From: an uncultured delta proteobacterium
GTDB lineage: Bacteria; Desulfobacterota; Binatia; UBA9968
NCBI GenBank assembly: GCA_963745035.1
Contig: CAVUVW010000015.1
Location: 288,001 to 352,000 of the forward strand
Direction: 5' to 3'
DNA: 64,000 bases
Below, in pieces: positions 53,846 to 64,000 of the stretch (positions are counted from its first letter, which is position 1; every line of letters begins with the position of its first letter). The notes below the pieces were generated by a model. That model was not told where the DNA came from and made no database searches. It worked only from the letters and a program-made list of their open reading frames with translations. The position numbers were made by a program, and so were the translations under genes.

Positions 53846-55058
53846 ATGAGAATCGAAACCGAACGTAAAATGCGTCGCTGGCGCGAGCAGCGCTGGATCC
53901 TGGATCAGGTGATCCAAACCCGCGGCATCGACTGGGACCAGGGCCGGACCGGCAAAATCATCCGCAACTGCGGCCCGGGCGTAGAAGCCGATCTGCAAGA
54001 AATTTGCCGGCGCATCCAAAAATTCGTCGATATCCCGCGCGAGTTCTCCAGCGCGGCGGCGCGGCGCGAGGAACAAGGGCGCGCGGCCGAATCTTCCGGC
54101 AATCTCGCTCAAGCGCGCGAGCACTACTATATCGCCGCCTGCTTCTACACCAACGCCATGTGGGCGATCTACGAAGACGGCAATCCGCAGCGCATCGCCT
54201 GGCAGGAGCGCAAGCGCGCTTGTTACGACAAGTTCATCAAGTACGCCGGCCGTCCCATCGAGCGGGTCGGGCTGCCGTATGGAGACAAAAAGATCCAGGC
54301 GATTTTGCATCTGCCGCCGAATAGAAAATCCAGCGAGAAAGTGCCGTGCATCATGTACATTCCGGGCATGGACGGCGTCAAAGAAGACAATCCGGCGAGC
54401 GGCGATCCGTTCATCGAGAAGGGCTTTGCCGTGCTCGCGATCGATGGCCCCGGACAGGGCGAGACGCGCGAAGGCGGCATTCCCTGCACCGCATCGAACT
54501 ACGCAGACGCCGGCAAGCTCGCCTGCGATTATTTGGTGAAGCGCCCGGAGATCGACGCCGATCGGCTCGGCGTCATGGGCTCGAGCATGGGATCGTACTG
54601 GGCCCCGCGCGTCGTCGCCGAAGAAAAACGCTTCAAGGCCTGCGCCGTGAGCGGCGTGTGCATGGAGCCGGGCCAATACGCGATTTTCAACATGTCGTCG
54701 CCGACCTTCAAGCTCAATTACATGTACATGTCTGGCTACGACGACGAAACCGAGTTCGATGAATTCTGCTAAAACGCTTTCGCTCCGCGGCGTGACCTCG
54801 AGAATCACCTGCCCCTACATGGTCGTCGCCGGCGAGGACGACGAGCACTGCGACATGAAGTTCGTCTATGAGCTCATGGGGGAAATTCCCGCGCCGAAAC
54901 TCCTCTACGTCTTCGAAGGCGAACGCCATTCGATCCGCAATCCCAAGGCACGTCCTCTCGTCGTGAACTGGCTGGTGGACACTTTGCTCGGCAAACCTTT
55001 CAAATCGGAAATCGTCCGCATCGACACCAGCGGCAGGGAAGAGCGCCGGGGATGGTAA
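53846..55058 (+). CDS. Alpha/beta hydrolase, FrsA/2,6-dihydroxy-pseudooxynicotine hydrolase-like (frameshift near 54770)
   Basis: PGMDGVKE, IDGPGQGE, nucleophile GSSMG, VAGEDD and GERH. Confidence 0.85.
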
Positions 55059-55063
55059 AAAGA

Positions 55064-55125
55064 CCGAGGATGGAGAATGGAGGATCGAGGATGGCGATCT
55101 TCTATCCTCTATCCTCGATCTTCGG
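55064..55125. repeat. Inverted heptamer tandem-repeat hairpin (GAGGATS)4...(ATCCTCN)4
   Basis: GAGGATG GAGAATG GAGGATC GAGGATG ... ATCTTCT ATCCTCT ATCCTCG ATCTTCG. Confidence 0.8.
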
Positions 55126-55155
55126 CCAATGGTCGATCCTTCGCCGAGGCGAGCG

Positions 55156-56319
55156 GTGAAGATCGCCTACGGTGAGCTCATCGGCGGCGTGAGCGGCGAT
55201 ATGTTCGTCGCCGCGCTGCTCGATCTCGGCCTGTCGCTAAATAAGATCCGCTCGGAATTAAGGAAGATTCCGACGCTCAAATTCGAGCTCAAGGCCGCAA
55301 GGAAACACGTCCACTCGATCCGCGCCACGCAGTTTCACGTCATTTGCGCCAAAGATGAAGCGCCGCGCTCGTGGAAACAAATCCGCGATCTGATCACGCG
55401 CAGCAAGCTCGATCCTCGGATCAAGACCACCGGCCTCGAAATATTCGCTGGCCTCGCCCAAGCCGAAGCGAAAGTCCACGGCATCGCCGTGGACAAAGTG
55501 CACTTCCATGAAGTCGGCGCCACGGATTCCATCGTCGACATCATGGCGGCGGCAATCGGCGTCCATGAACTCGGCATCGATGCCTTTCATTTTTCACAAA
55601 TTCCGTTAGGCCGCGGCATCACCCGTTCCCAGCACGGCCCGCTGCCGGTGCCCGGCCCCGCCACTCTGGAACTGCTCAAAGGACTCCCCGTCTTCGGCGT
55701 CGAGATCGAGGCTGAAACGGTAACCCCCACCGGCGCCGCGCTTGTCCGCGCCTTGGGGAAAAATTTCGACGCTCAACCCGCTATGACGATCGACAAAATC
55801 GGCTACGGAACGGGCCAAAAAGATTTTCCGACTCGCCCCAATCTGTTTCGCCTGGTCGTCGGCGCTACTGACGCCGGCTGGTCACAGGAACAAATGCTTG
55901 TGATCGAAACCAACATCGACGACATGAATCCGCAGTTCTACGATCACGTCATGGAGCGGCTCTTCGCAGCCGGCGCCCGCGATGTTTTTCTTGCGCCGAT
56001 TCAGATGAAGAAAAGCCGCCCGGGGACCTTGCTCAGCGTCATTGCCGAACCTCGCGATCGGGAAAAGCTCGCGAGAATTATCTTCCACGAGACATCTACC
56101 ATCGGCATTCGCCACTACCCAATCGGCCGAATCATCTTGCAACGCGAATCGAAGAAGATAAAAACCCGCTACGGCGAAGTCGCGGTGAAGATCGTCGAGC
56201 AGCCGGACGGGCGCAAGCGAGCGATGCCGGAATACGACGACATCAAGCGCATCGCTGCGGCGAAGAATTTGCCCATCAAATTGATCCACGACGAAGTTAT
56301 GCGCGTCGCCGGTAGCTAG
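55156..56319 (+). CDS. larC: Nickel pincer cofactor biosynthesis protein LarC
   Basis: GVSGDM, AEAKVHG..VHFHEVGA.DSIVDI, HG.LPVPGPA, TPTGAA, ETNIDD, MKKSRPG and PEYDD. Confidence 0.93.
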   Translation: MKIAYGELIGGVSGDMFVAALLDLGLSLNKIRSELRKIPTLKFELKAARKHVHSIRATQFHVICAKDEAPRSWKQIRDLITRSKLDPRIKTTGLEIFAGLAQAEAKVHGIAVDKVHFHEVGATDSIVDIMAAAIGVHELGIDAFHFSQIPLGRGITRSQHGPLPVPGPATLELLKGLPVFGVEIEAETVTPTGAALVRALGKNFDAQPAMTIDKIGYGTGQKDFPTRPNLFRLVVGATDAGWSQEQMLVIETNIDDMNPQFYDHVMERLFAAGARDVFLAPIQMKKSRPGTLLSVIAEPRDREKLARIIFHETSTIGIRHYPIGRIILQRESKKIKTRYGEVAVKIVEQPDGRKRAMPEYDDIKRIAAAKNLPIKLIHDEVMRVAGS

Positions 56320-56340
56320 CGCCGGGCCGATAACCGCCCA

Positions 56341-57612
56341 ATGTCCGATGCTTCGTCCGGCAGCACTGACCGCTCTGAATCGCTTCCACCCTGGGCGTCG
56401 CTGCGTTACCGCGACTACCGTTTTTTGTTTTTGCTGGCGCTGTTCGCCACCAGCGCGCAGCAAATGCGCCAGGCGCAAAATTTTTACCAGGTCTACGAGC
56501 TTTCCGGTTCCGCGTTTCTTTTGGGGCTTACAGGTTTAGCCCAGGGAGTGCCAATTTTCGCTCTCGGCTTGTTCGGCGGTACCCTGGCGGACTTTCTTGA
56601 TCGCAGGAAAATTCTTCTGATCACGATTTTCGGGAATCTTCTCGTCGCCATCATCCTGGGCTTCCTGACTCTCGCCGGGCTGATTCAGGTCTGGCACATT
56701 CTCGCCGCCACAGCGCTCACCTCGGCGCTCAACATCGTGCTCAACCCGACGCGCATGGCGCTCATCTCCCACCTTGTGCCGCGCTCGCACTTGACCAACG
56801 CCGTGGCGCTCAACTCCAGCGTTTCGCAAGGCGCCCACTTCGTCGGGCCCATGCTCGGCGGTCTCAGCCTGGCGTGGATGAGCACGGGAAACGCGTATTT
56901 GTTCAATGCCCTCTTTTATCTTCCCGCCGCCATCGCCATCGTTCTGCTCAAAATTCCGGCGGTCGACAAGACCGCGCGAGAGAAATTTTCTCTCGTTAGT
57001 TTTCTGGGCGGGCTCAAATTTCTTTTTTCCGAGCCGGTTATTTTGACGCTGGTCTTGCTCGATTTTATCGTCATCGGGTTCGGTTATTATCGGCCGCTGC
57101 TGCCGATCTTTGCCAAAGACATTCTCTTCGTCGGTCCTGCCGGTTTCGGCATGCTCTCGTCCGCTCCGGCGATCGGCGGCGTCCTTGGCACTTTCACTCT
57201 GCTAGCCATCGGCGACGTCAAGGGCAAAGGGCTGCTCGCACTCTGGTCTTTTCTCGCCTACGCGCTTGCGCTCGGCGTTTTTGCGATTTCGACGAGCTTC
57301 TGGCTGTCGCTTCTTTTGCTCGGCATCATGGGCTTGGCTAATTCGCTGCAGGCGGTCATGCGCCAGACGAGCTTTCATCTTTTGACGCCCGATCACATCC
57401 GCGGCCGCGCCTTCTCGGTCTTCAACATGTTTTCGCAAGGCGCGAATTCCGTCGGCGCCACCGAGGTGGGCTTCATGGCCGCGCTCCTCGGCGCACCGGG
57501 CTCGCTCCTCTTCGGCTGTGCGGTGGGCGGGATGCTAACGCTGGGCTGTTGGATCTTGATGCCGGGCCTGAGAACCTTCGGAACAGAAACGCGCCGCCCC
57601 AGTCGCTCCTGA
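56341..57612 (+). CDS. MFS transporter (EntS/MFS_3-like)
   Basis: About 12 hydrophobic segments; GGTLADFLDRRK, NAVALNS and PDHIRGR. Confidence 0.9.
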   Translation: MSDASSGSTDRSESLPPWASLRYRDYRFLFLLALFATSAQQMRQAQNFYQVYELSGSAFLLGLTGLAQGVPIFALGLFGGTLADFLDRRKILLITIFGNLLVAIILGFLTLAGLIQVWHILAATALTSALNIVLNPTRMALISHLVPRSHLTNAVALNSSVSQGAHFVGPMLGGLSLAWMSTGNAYLFNALFYLPAAIAIVLLKIPAVDKTAREKFSLVSFLGGLKFLFSEPVILTLVLLDFIVIGFGYYRPLLPIFAKDILFVGPAGFGMLSSAPAIGGVLGTFTLLAIGDVKGKGLLALWSFLAYALALGVFAISTSFWLSLLLLGIMGLANSLQAVMRQTSFHLLTPDHIRGRAFSVFNMFSQGANSVGATEVGFMAALLGAPGSLLFGCAVGGMLTLGCWILMPGLRTFGTETRRPSRS

Positions 57613-57705
57613 TCGACAACCGATCATCCGCGATGGAAAGGAAGTGTCCGCTGCGAAGCAATCGCGCTGTGGAAGGGCAGTCGCCCCGACTATCTTGCTC
57701 GGAGG

Positions 57706-58662
57706 CTACGGCATCGTAAAAACGATCAGCTGGTCGGTGACTCCGCCGGAGCCCGGCTTGAGGGATCCCGCAGCGAGATAAACGCTTCCGCCCGCGCTCG
57801 CTGCACTGGTGCCGTGTCTTCCGGCGGGCATGGGTGCCAACGTCCGCCAAGTTTTTGTCTTGGGATCGTACGCTTCGTTCTCGGCAAATGTGTTGGGCGG
57901 AACTTCACCGCCCAAGATGAGAATAAGGCCGCGATATAACGTATAAGCGAGACCGCTGCGCGCCGTCGGCAGCGGCGGACCTGAGGTCCACGAATTGGTC
58001 GCCGGATCGTAGATATCATGCATGTCGGTCTTGTCGCTGGAGGCGCCGAAGCGCCCGCCTATCGCGTGGAGTTTTCCCTCGGCAGCAACCAGCGCCAAAT
58101 GATCGCGCGCTTTGGGCAGCGGCGCGCGCTCGCTCCAGCTGTTGCTCGCCGGATCGTAGACCTGATGCGTCGCGACGGTTTCGCCCGCCGGATTGCGTCC
58201 GCCCACCGCGTGGATCTTGCCCTCGAGGACAGCGACCGCCACCGAGCCGAGGCCGGACTTGAGCGGGGTCAACTCGCGCCATTTATCGTCTGCGGGATCA
58301 TACTCGAGAACATGCGGCTGGCCGTCCTTGTGCACGGAGCCGACGAAGCCGCCGACGGTGTAGATCTTGCCGTTGAGAACCGCCGTGCCGATGTGATCGA
58401 GACCGTAGGGCAGCGGCGCGCGCGGACGCCAACGATCGGTGGCCGGATCATACTCATCATGGTAGGTCCCGGCCACGCCCTTGACCCCACCGCCGATCAC
58501 GTGGACCTTTCCGCCCGCCGCAGCGAGCGCCACCTCGTTGCGCGCCAGCGGGATCGGCGCTTTCGTCGTCCAGCTTCCCTGCGCGTAAGTGTCGGCCGTC
58601 AACGCGCCGACTGCGATGCAGGCGCCGGCAAACATCAAAAGCTTCAGCAGTTTTGCATTCAT
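57706..58662 (-). CDS. Exported six-bladed Kelch-repeat protein
   Basis: Signal peptide from ATG 58662; repeated KxxxxGG...YDPxxxxW motifs. Confidence 0.88.
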   Translation of the reverse strand: MNAKLLKLLMFAGACIAVGALTADTYAQGSWTTKAPIPLARNEVALAAAGGKVHVIGGGVKGVAGTYHDEYDPATDRWRPRAPLPYGLDHIGTAVLNGKIYTVGGFVGSVHKDGQPHVLEYDPADDKWRELTPLKSGLGSVAVAVLEGKIHAVGGRNPAGETVATHQVYDPASNSWSERAPLPKARDHLALVAAEGKLHAIGGRFGASSDKTDMHDIYDPATNSWTSGPPLPTARSGLAYTLYRGLILILGGEVPPNTFAENEAYDPKTKTWRTLAPMPAGRHGTSAASAGGSVYLAAGSLKPGSGGVTDQLIVFTMP

Positions 58663-58772
58663 CGTCGCCTCCGATCTGCTCTGATTTCGTATGTTTGACC
58701 GTCCTTTGACACAACGCCTAACGAAACATTTGTATTCTAGTTCAGAAAAAAGTCCTGGGTGGTAGAAGATTT

Positions 58773-59729
58773 CTAGCGCAGTTCCTTCTGCACTTCCCGC
58801 AGCAACGTAAGATCGCGAACCTGAGCGAGCGGAATCGGCTTGTCCGCCCGTACCGTCGCTTTGCGCGACTCGATGGCGAACTCGTAGGTTTTGTCGACGG
58901 TGCCGCCGTCGGCGCTGAACGACGGCAGAATGGAGTCGTAGGAATCCCGCGCCACGTCGGCCGTTTGGCTCAACCAACGGCTCATGATCTGAATCGTATC
59001 GTCTCTCCGCTCGTGCATGAACCTAAGTCCGCGCAAGACCGCGCGTAAAACCTTCTTGGTTTCGTCGCGGTTGCTCTTCAGTCGGGAATCGGTGACCGCC
59101 ACCGAAGAGATCGGGCTGCCTATTTTGAGATCTTTCGGCCCACCGAGCAGATTGTAACCCTCGCGGGTGAGGCGCACCGGACCCGGAGGCACGGTGCAAA
59201 TCGCGTCGACAAGTCCTTTTCTAAGAATCTCGACGCGCACCGGCTCGTCGCCGCCCAAGGTCACGAACTGGACTTCCTTGAGATCAATGCCCTTGGCTTG
59301 AAGAATCGCTTCGGCGGCGAGCTGGTCGGAGCCGCCGATCCGCTGGGTGCCGATGCGCTTGCCGCGCAGATCGTTGATCGTCTTGATTTCCGGTTTCGCA
59401 ACCAGGCTGTGCAGCGGCTTGTCGGTCAATACCGCGAGAATTTTGAACGGCATGCCTTGCATGGCGCCGGCGACGATATTGCCGAAGCTCAGGGTGTAAT
59501 TCACCTCGCCGCTCATCAGCGCCGGCACCGCCACCTGGCTGCGCATCTGGATCAGTACAGGTTCGAGATTCTCGTCTTTGAAAAATCCGCGGGCGACGGC
59601 GACCTGCGCCGGCAAAAACGCGTAACTCCGGCTGCTGTACGAGATAATCACTTTATCGGCGCCGTAGCCGGGGCTTGGCGGCCAAAGAGCGATTAGGAGC
59701 GTAATTCCGAGCAAGTGGCGAAATTTCAT
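58773..59729 (-). CDS. ABC-type substrate-binding protein, SsuA/THI5-like
   Basis: Signal peptide; GFFKDENLE and DLRGKRIGTQRIGG. Confidence 0.88.
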   Translation of the reverse strand: MKFRHLLGITLLIALWPPSPGYGADKVIISYSSRSYAFLPAQVAVARGFFKDENLEPVLIQMRSQVAVPALMSGEVNYTLSFGNIVAGAMQGMPFKILAVLTDKPLHSLVAKPEIKTINDLRGKRIGTQRIGGSDQLAAEAILQAKGIDLKEVQFVTLGGDEPVRVEILRKGLVDAICTVPPGPVRLTREGYNLLGGPKDLKIGSPISSVAVTDSRLKSNRDETKKVLRAVLRGLRFMHERRDDTIQIMSRWLSQTADVARDSYDSILPSFSADGGTVDKTYEFAIESRKATVRADKPIPLAQVRDLTLLREVQKELR

Positions 59730-59763
59730 GCGCGCTTGTTTACCTCATCATCATAAGAATATT

Positions 59764-60480
59764 TCATCGCGTCGCCAAAAACGGCTGCAGCAATCGAGTG
59801 TCGAATTCCTGTTCGAATAGATCGAACGGCAAAGTCTTCTGAGTTTCAGTCGTCTCGATAAAGGGAAAATCACCGAGGCAGGGCACGCCGGTCAACCCTG
59901 ACAGAACCTGGCGATTGGTCTCAGCCGCGGGAGAACTTTCATTTGAGAGACGATTGAGCACGTAGCCAAGCACGCTCAAACCTTTACAGCTCGCGTGCTC
60001 CACGGTGAGCAAAAGATGGTTAAGAACACCGAGTTTGTTGGCCGCGACCACCAGAAGAGGCAGTTTCAAAACACGTGCAAAGTCAGCGTACGTATAGCTT
60101 GGCAACAGCGGCACCATCAAACCACCCGCTCCTTCGACCAGCGTAATATCATATTCGGCACTAATCTCGCCGTAGGTGGTCAGCAGGAGATCGACATCGA
60201 TCTTCCGGCCGGCCCGTTCAGCCGCGATGCTCGGCGCCACTGGCTCGGCAAATCGATAGGGGCAAATCTTCTCGATGGGCTCGGCGCAGCCTGAAGCCTC
60301 CTTGAGTCGCACCGCATCATTCGGGATCAGCGTGCCATTTGTTTCCGTGCAGCCGGTTTCCACGGGCTTCAGCACCCCGATCCGGTAACCGCAGGCGCGG
60401 AGGTAAGCCGCAAGCGTTGCAGCGACAAGAGTCTTGCCCACGCCAGTGTCCGTGCCGGTGATGAAAATACCCTTTCCCAC
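59764..60480 (-). CDS. bioD: Dethiobiotin synthase
   Basis: ITGTDTGVGKT, KPVETG, VEGAGG and LGVLNH. Confidence 0.96.
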   Translation of the reverse strand: MGKGIFITGTDTGVGKTLVAATLAAYLRACGYRIGVLKPVETGCTETNGTLIPNDAVRLKEASGCAEPIEKICPYRFAEPVAPSIAAERAGRKIDVDLLLTTYGEISAEYDITLVEGAGGLMVPLLPSYTYADFARVLKLPLLVVAANKLGVLNHLLLTVEHASCKGLSVLGYVLNRLSNESSPAAETNRQVLSGLTGVPCLGDFPFIETTETQKTLPFDLFEQEFDTRLLQPFLATR

Positions 60481-60493
60481 TCAAACCCCTTCA

Positions 60494-60562
60494 GTCGAGT
60501 ATCGAGGATCGAGGATGGAAGATTGGTATGCCATCCTCAATCCTCTATCCTCCATCCTCGAC
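60494..60562. repeat. Inverted heptamer tandem-repeat hairpin, same family as 55064-55125
   Basis: GTC GAGTATC GAGGATC GAGGATG GAAGATT ... ATCCTCA ATCCTCT ATCCTCC ATCCTCG AC, between bioA and bioD. Confidence 0.8.
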
Positions 60563-60569
60563 ATAATAT

Positions 60570-61928
60570 TCACGCCTCCGTCACCGCGCGAATAGACTCA
60601 TAAACGACGTCGAGCAAAGTCGTCAACTCCGCGCCGCTAATCGTCAGCGGCGGCATCAGAATCACAATATCGCCGAGCGGGCGGATCAGCACGCCGCGCT
60701 TGCGCGCCTCGAGGATGACTTTATGTCCGATCCTGCGATCCGGCGCGATAGTTTTTGCGGTTTTCCTTAGCTTCCACCAGCTCGATGCCAACCATGTAGC
60801 CCCACTGGCGCACATCACTCACGTGCGCCAGCGTGCGAAACTCCCGCAGGCGCTCTGCCAGGCAACGAATGCCCGGCGCCATCTTGGCGATGATATCGTC
60901 GCGTTCGAAAAGCTCGAGATTGGCGAGCGCCGCCGCGCAACCGAGAGGATTGCCGGTATACGTATGCCCGTGGAAAAAAGTCTTGTACTCGTGATATTCG
61001 CCAAGGAACGCGGAGAATATTTCTTCCGTGGCCAAAGTCGCGGCGAGCGGCAGATAGCCGCCGGTGATGCCCTTGGCCAAGCATAAGAATATCCGGCGCC
61101 ACCCCGGCGTGCTCGCAGGCGAACATCTTACCGGTCCGGCCGAAACCAGTGGCGACCTCGTCAAGAATGAGAAGGATCCCGTTTCGCCGGCACATTTCGC
61201 TCAATGCATGGACATACTCGACCGGCTGCGCCCACATGCCGGCCGCGCCCTGCATCAGCGGCTCCATCACCAAGGCGGCGAGCCGATCTTTATTTTCTGA
61301 AAGTTTCTGCTCCGCGTCTTTGAGCGCCGCTTCGAGCGCGTCCCCATCGCTCATCCGCTGGTAGTAGCGAAACACGTGCGGCGGGGTGAGGCGCAGCACG
61401 GGGAACAGCAGGCTCTTGTGAATAACGATGGAAAGTTTCCGAGTAGCCCATGCTCATCGAGCCCACGGTGTCGCCGTGATACGACTCCGCAAGCGAAGCG
61501 ATCAAAGTGCGCTCTGTCGCGCCTTTGAGTTGCCAATACTGCACAGCCATCTTGAGCGCGATCTCGACGGCCGTGGCGCCGCTGTCGGAGTAGAAAACGC
61601 GCTTTAATCCAGGCGGGGCAATGCCGATCAATTTTTCCGCGAGCTGAATGCCGGGCGCATGGCTTAAACCGAGAAACGTCGAGTGGCCGATCCGATCGAG
61701 CTGATCTTTGATCGCGTCGTCGATCTCCTTTTTTCGGTGACCGTGCACGTTGCACCAAAGCGACGACACGCCATCCAAATATTTTTTTCCCTGCACATCG
61801 ATCAAATAATGGCCGTCGCCGCGGCTGATGATGACGGGCTCCTCGGCCATCCATTCCTGCATCTGCGTGAACGGGTGCCAGAGATAAGTATGGTCGAGCT
61901 GCTTGAGCTTCTCGTGCTCGGTCGTCAT
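60570..61928 (-). CDS. bioA: Adenosylmethionine-8-amino-7-oxononanoate aminotransferase (frameshifted)
   Basis: [56 protein letters not shown] and HGHTYTGNP. Confidence 0.94.
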
Positions 61929-63093
61929 CGGAGTCGCGCCGACTTCTGTGAAAACGGCGAGGGCGCGCTCGATGTGCGCCCGCGTATGGGTCGCCATCAA
62001 GGTAATTCGCAGACGCGACGTTCCCTCGGGCACGGTCGGCGGGCGAATCCCCTGGGCGAAAACCCCGCGCTCGAAGAGTTGCTCGGAAAAGCGCATGCAC
62101 TTGGCAGCCTCGCCGATAATCAGCGGCAAAATCGGGCTGGCGCTCTCGCCGATGTGAAATCCGAGCGCGCGCAAGCCTGTCGCCAGCCTGCGGCAGTTGT
62201 CCCATAGCGCTTCGCGCCGCTCCGGCTCGCTTTGCACCAGATCGAGCGCCGCGATTGCCATCGCCATGACCGCGGGCGGAAGCGCGGTGGTGAAAATAAA
62301 GCTCCGGCAGCGGTTGATCAAAAGCTCGCGCAGCGCGCGGCTGCCGGCTACGTAGGCGCCGAAGCCGCCAAGCGCTTTGCCCAACGTCCCCATCTGCACG
62401 AGCACGCGATCGCCCAGCCCGAGCTTTGCGACCACGCCGGCGCCGCTCGGCGCCAAAAAGGCCCGTGGCGTGCGCCTCATCGACCATGACCGAGGCGCCG
62501 TATCGTTCCGCGAGCTCGACGATGGCGGCGAGCGGCGCTTCGTCGCCGTCCATGCTGAAGATCGATTCGGTGACGATCAACTTGCGCCGGCAGCGCTCGG
62601 CCTGCTTGAGCAGTGATGCCAGCCGATCGAGGTCGCAGTGCGGATAGACAAAAGTCTTTGCCCGCGACAAGCGGCAGCCGTCGATGATGCTCGCATGGTT
62701 CAGCGCGTCACTGAGAATCGCGTCGCCGTCGCCTGCCAAAGTCGAGAGAATACCGACGTTGGCTTGAAATCCGGAGTTGAAGACCAGCGCGGCTTCGCTG
62801 CCTTTGAATTCGGCGATACGCCTCTCCAGCTCTTCGTGCAGCGTCATGTTGCCCGAGATCAGACGCGACGCGCCCGAGCCGCAACCGTAGCGATCGATCG
62901 CCTCCTTGGCTGCGGCGGCGAGCTTGGGATGATTGGCGAGACCGAGGTAATTGTTGGAGGAAAAATTCAAAACTTCGCGGCCATCGACCGTCAAGACCGG
63001 TCCCTGGTCGCCCTCAACGGCCCTCAGCGTGCGATAGAGCGCGGCATTCTTAAGCTCCTGCAGCTCCCATTGAATAAAATCTTCGGCACTCAT
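61925..63093 (-). CDS. bioF: 8-amino-7-oxononanoate synthase (frameshift near 62455)
   Basis: [44 protein letters not shown] and IRPPTVP. Confidence 0.94.
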
Positions 63094-63205
63094 GGGTTGG
63101 AATTAGATAATATACACATGGCGGCGTCGCAACACGACCGCGACGCGCGCTCTGGTTACATCTTGAGAGACGCTCTTTTTCGAAAAGAATCTCCGGCTGG
63201 GGAAG

Positions 63206-63850
63206 CTAACCGGCTTTACCGAGTTTTAGCTTGCGGCGGATTGCTTTCATGTCGTCCACGAGGCGGTCGAACTCGCGCTCGCGTTCGCTGCTTTCCTGCA
63301 AACGCAGAATAGCCGAAGGATGAACCGTGATAAACGCCTCGCGCGAATCGAGAGGAATAAATTTTCCGCGTTCCTGGTTGATCCTGACGGCACGGCCCAA
63401 CACGGCGTGTGCCGCCGTGGAGCCCAACGCGGCGATGATTTTGGGTTGGATGACTTCGATCTCCGCCTCGAGCCACGGCTTGCACGCCATCACTTGGCGG
63501 ATCAGCGGTTTTTGGTGCAAGCGACGTTTGCCGCGCTGGATGAATTTGAAATGCTTCACCGCGTTGGTGACGTAGGCTTGCTGTCGAGGAATCCCCGCCG
63601 CTGCGAGCGCCTTGTCCAAAAGACGGCCCGCCGGCCCGACGAACGGTTGCCCCTGGCGGTCTTCCATATCGCCCGGCTGCTCGCCGACGAACATGATGCT
63701 CGCCCTCTCCGATCCTTCGCCGAAGACTGTCTGGGTCGCATCCCGATAGAGGTCGCAGCCCTTGCAGGATGCGGCGGCGGCTTGCAAATCCTCAAAGCTA
63801 AACCGCTTGGGCAGGAACTCGGCAGCCGAAGAGGTCGATCGCACAGCCAT
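63206..63850 (-). CDS. udgX: UdgX-type uracil-DNA glycosylase / uracil-DNA-binding protein
   Basis: CxxC Fe-S ligands, GEQPG, TNAVKHFKF, R-loop KRRLHQKP and TVHPS. Confidence 0.88.
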   Translation of the reverse strand: MAVRSTSSAAEFLPKRFSFEDLQAAAASCKGCDLYRDATQTVFGEGSERASIMFVGEQPGDMEDRQGQPFVGPAGRLLDKALAAAGIPRQQAYVTNAVKHFKFIQRGKRRLHQKPLIRQVMACKPWLEAEIEVIQPKIIAALGSTAAHAVLGRAVRINQERGKFIPLDSREAFITVHPSAILRLQESSEREREFDRLVDDMKAIRRKLKLGKAG

Positions 63851-64000
63851 GAATTCAAAGCTAACACTCCAACTAGCCTGCGCCTAGATGATCCAGATGC
63901 GATAAACCCTTCGTGTCCTTTTTTTGAAAATAACAGGTAGAGAAAGATTTCTCACGGAGTTTATCGAGCATTGCCGAAGGGTTCGAAATGACAGGATTCT

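Noticed and set aside
55064-55125. Short repeat arrays as CRISPR
   Set aside because: The units are 7-8 bp, tandem, without spacers, and there are no cas genes.
57706-58662. Kelch protein as a galactose oxidase-like copper enzyme
   Set aside because: It consists of the propeller only, without the C-terminal domain that supplies a Cu ligand, and I could not identify the Tyr-Cys cofactor residues.
61290-62480. Apparent BioF-BioA fusion ORF
   Set aside because: The junction contains an ATGA stop/start overlap (61925-61928). Removing one base just upstream ends BioF there, and the local indel rate is high.
63945-63995. Possible REP-like element (AGATTTCTC...TCGAAATGACA) at the window end
   Set aside because: It is a single partial copy at the edge and cannot be supported without the neighbouring sequence.

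Overview
A GC-rich, gene-dense bacterial chromosomal segment with no mobile element, CRISPR array, rRNA or tRNA that I could recognise. The gene content (several orphan SsuA/THI5-type binding proteins, a pgpA-cinA-thpR-recA-recX-alaS block, an 11-subunit nuo operon) suggests a deltaproteobacteria-like organism such as Candidatus Binatia; this is inference only. Many genes, including groEL and six nuo genes, carry 1-bp frameshifts that are most likely long-read assembly errors, so I stitched CDSs across them and boundaries near indels are approximate. Housekeeping blocks are recA/alaS, groESL, nuoABCDHIJKLMN, bioFAD, queC, larC and udgX. The most interesting part is 3-24 kb. (1) Two hidden selenoprotein candidates that the ORF track truncates at in-frame UGA codons, each followed by a SECIS-like hairpin: an exported rhodanese with a U-x-C active site (17310-17783), coupled to SCO and VKOR-thioredoxin genes, and a GrdB-like reductase subunit whose canonical UxxCxxC motif reads UxxSxxS, paired with a GrdE-like subunit lacking the usual cleavage-site Cys. 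(2) A second copper-linked operon with a His-rich LVIVD beta-propeller, a C-x-C rhodanese paralog, CopC and a CopD-cytochrome c-redoxin fusion. (3) A stand-alone deoxyribohydrolase-TPR-S-SLOG protein resembling the ASK1 regulatory region, a candidate nucleotide-signalling or defence protein. Inverted heptamer-repeat hairpins recur in intergenic spaces.
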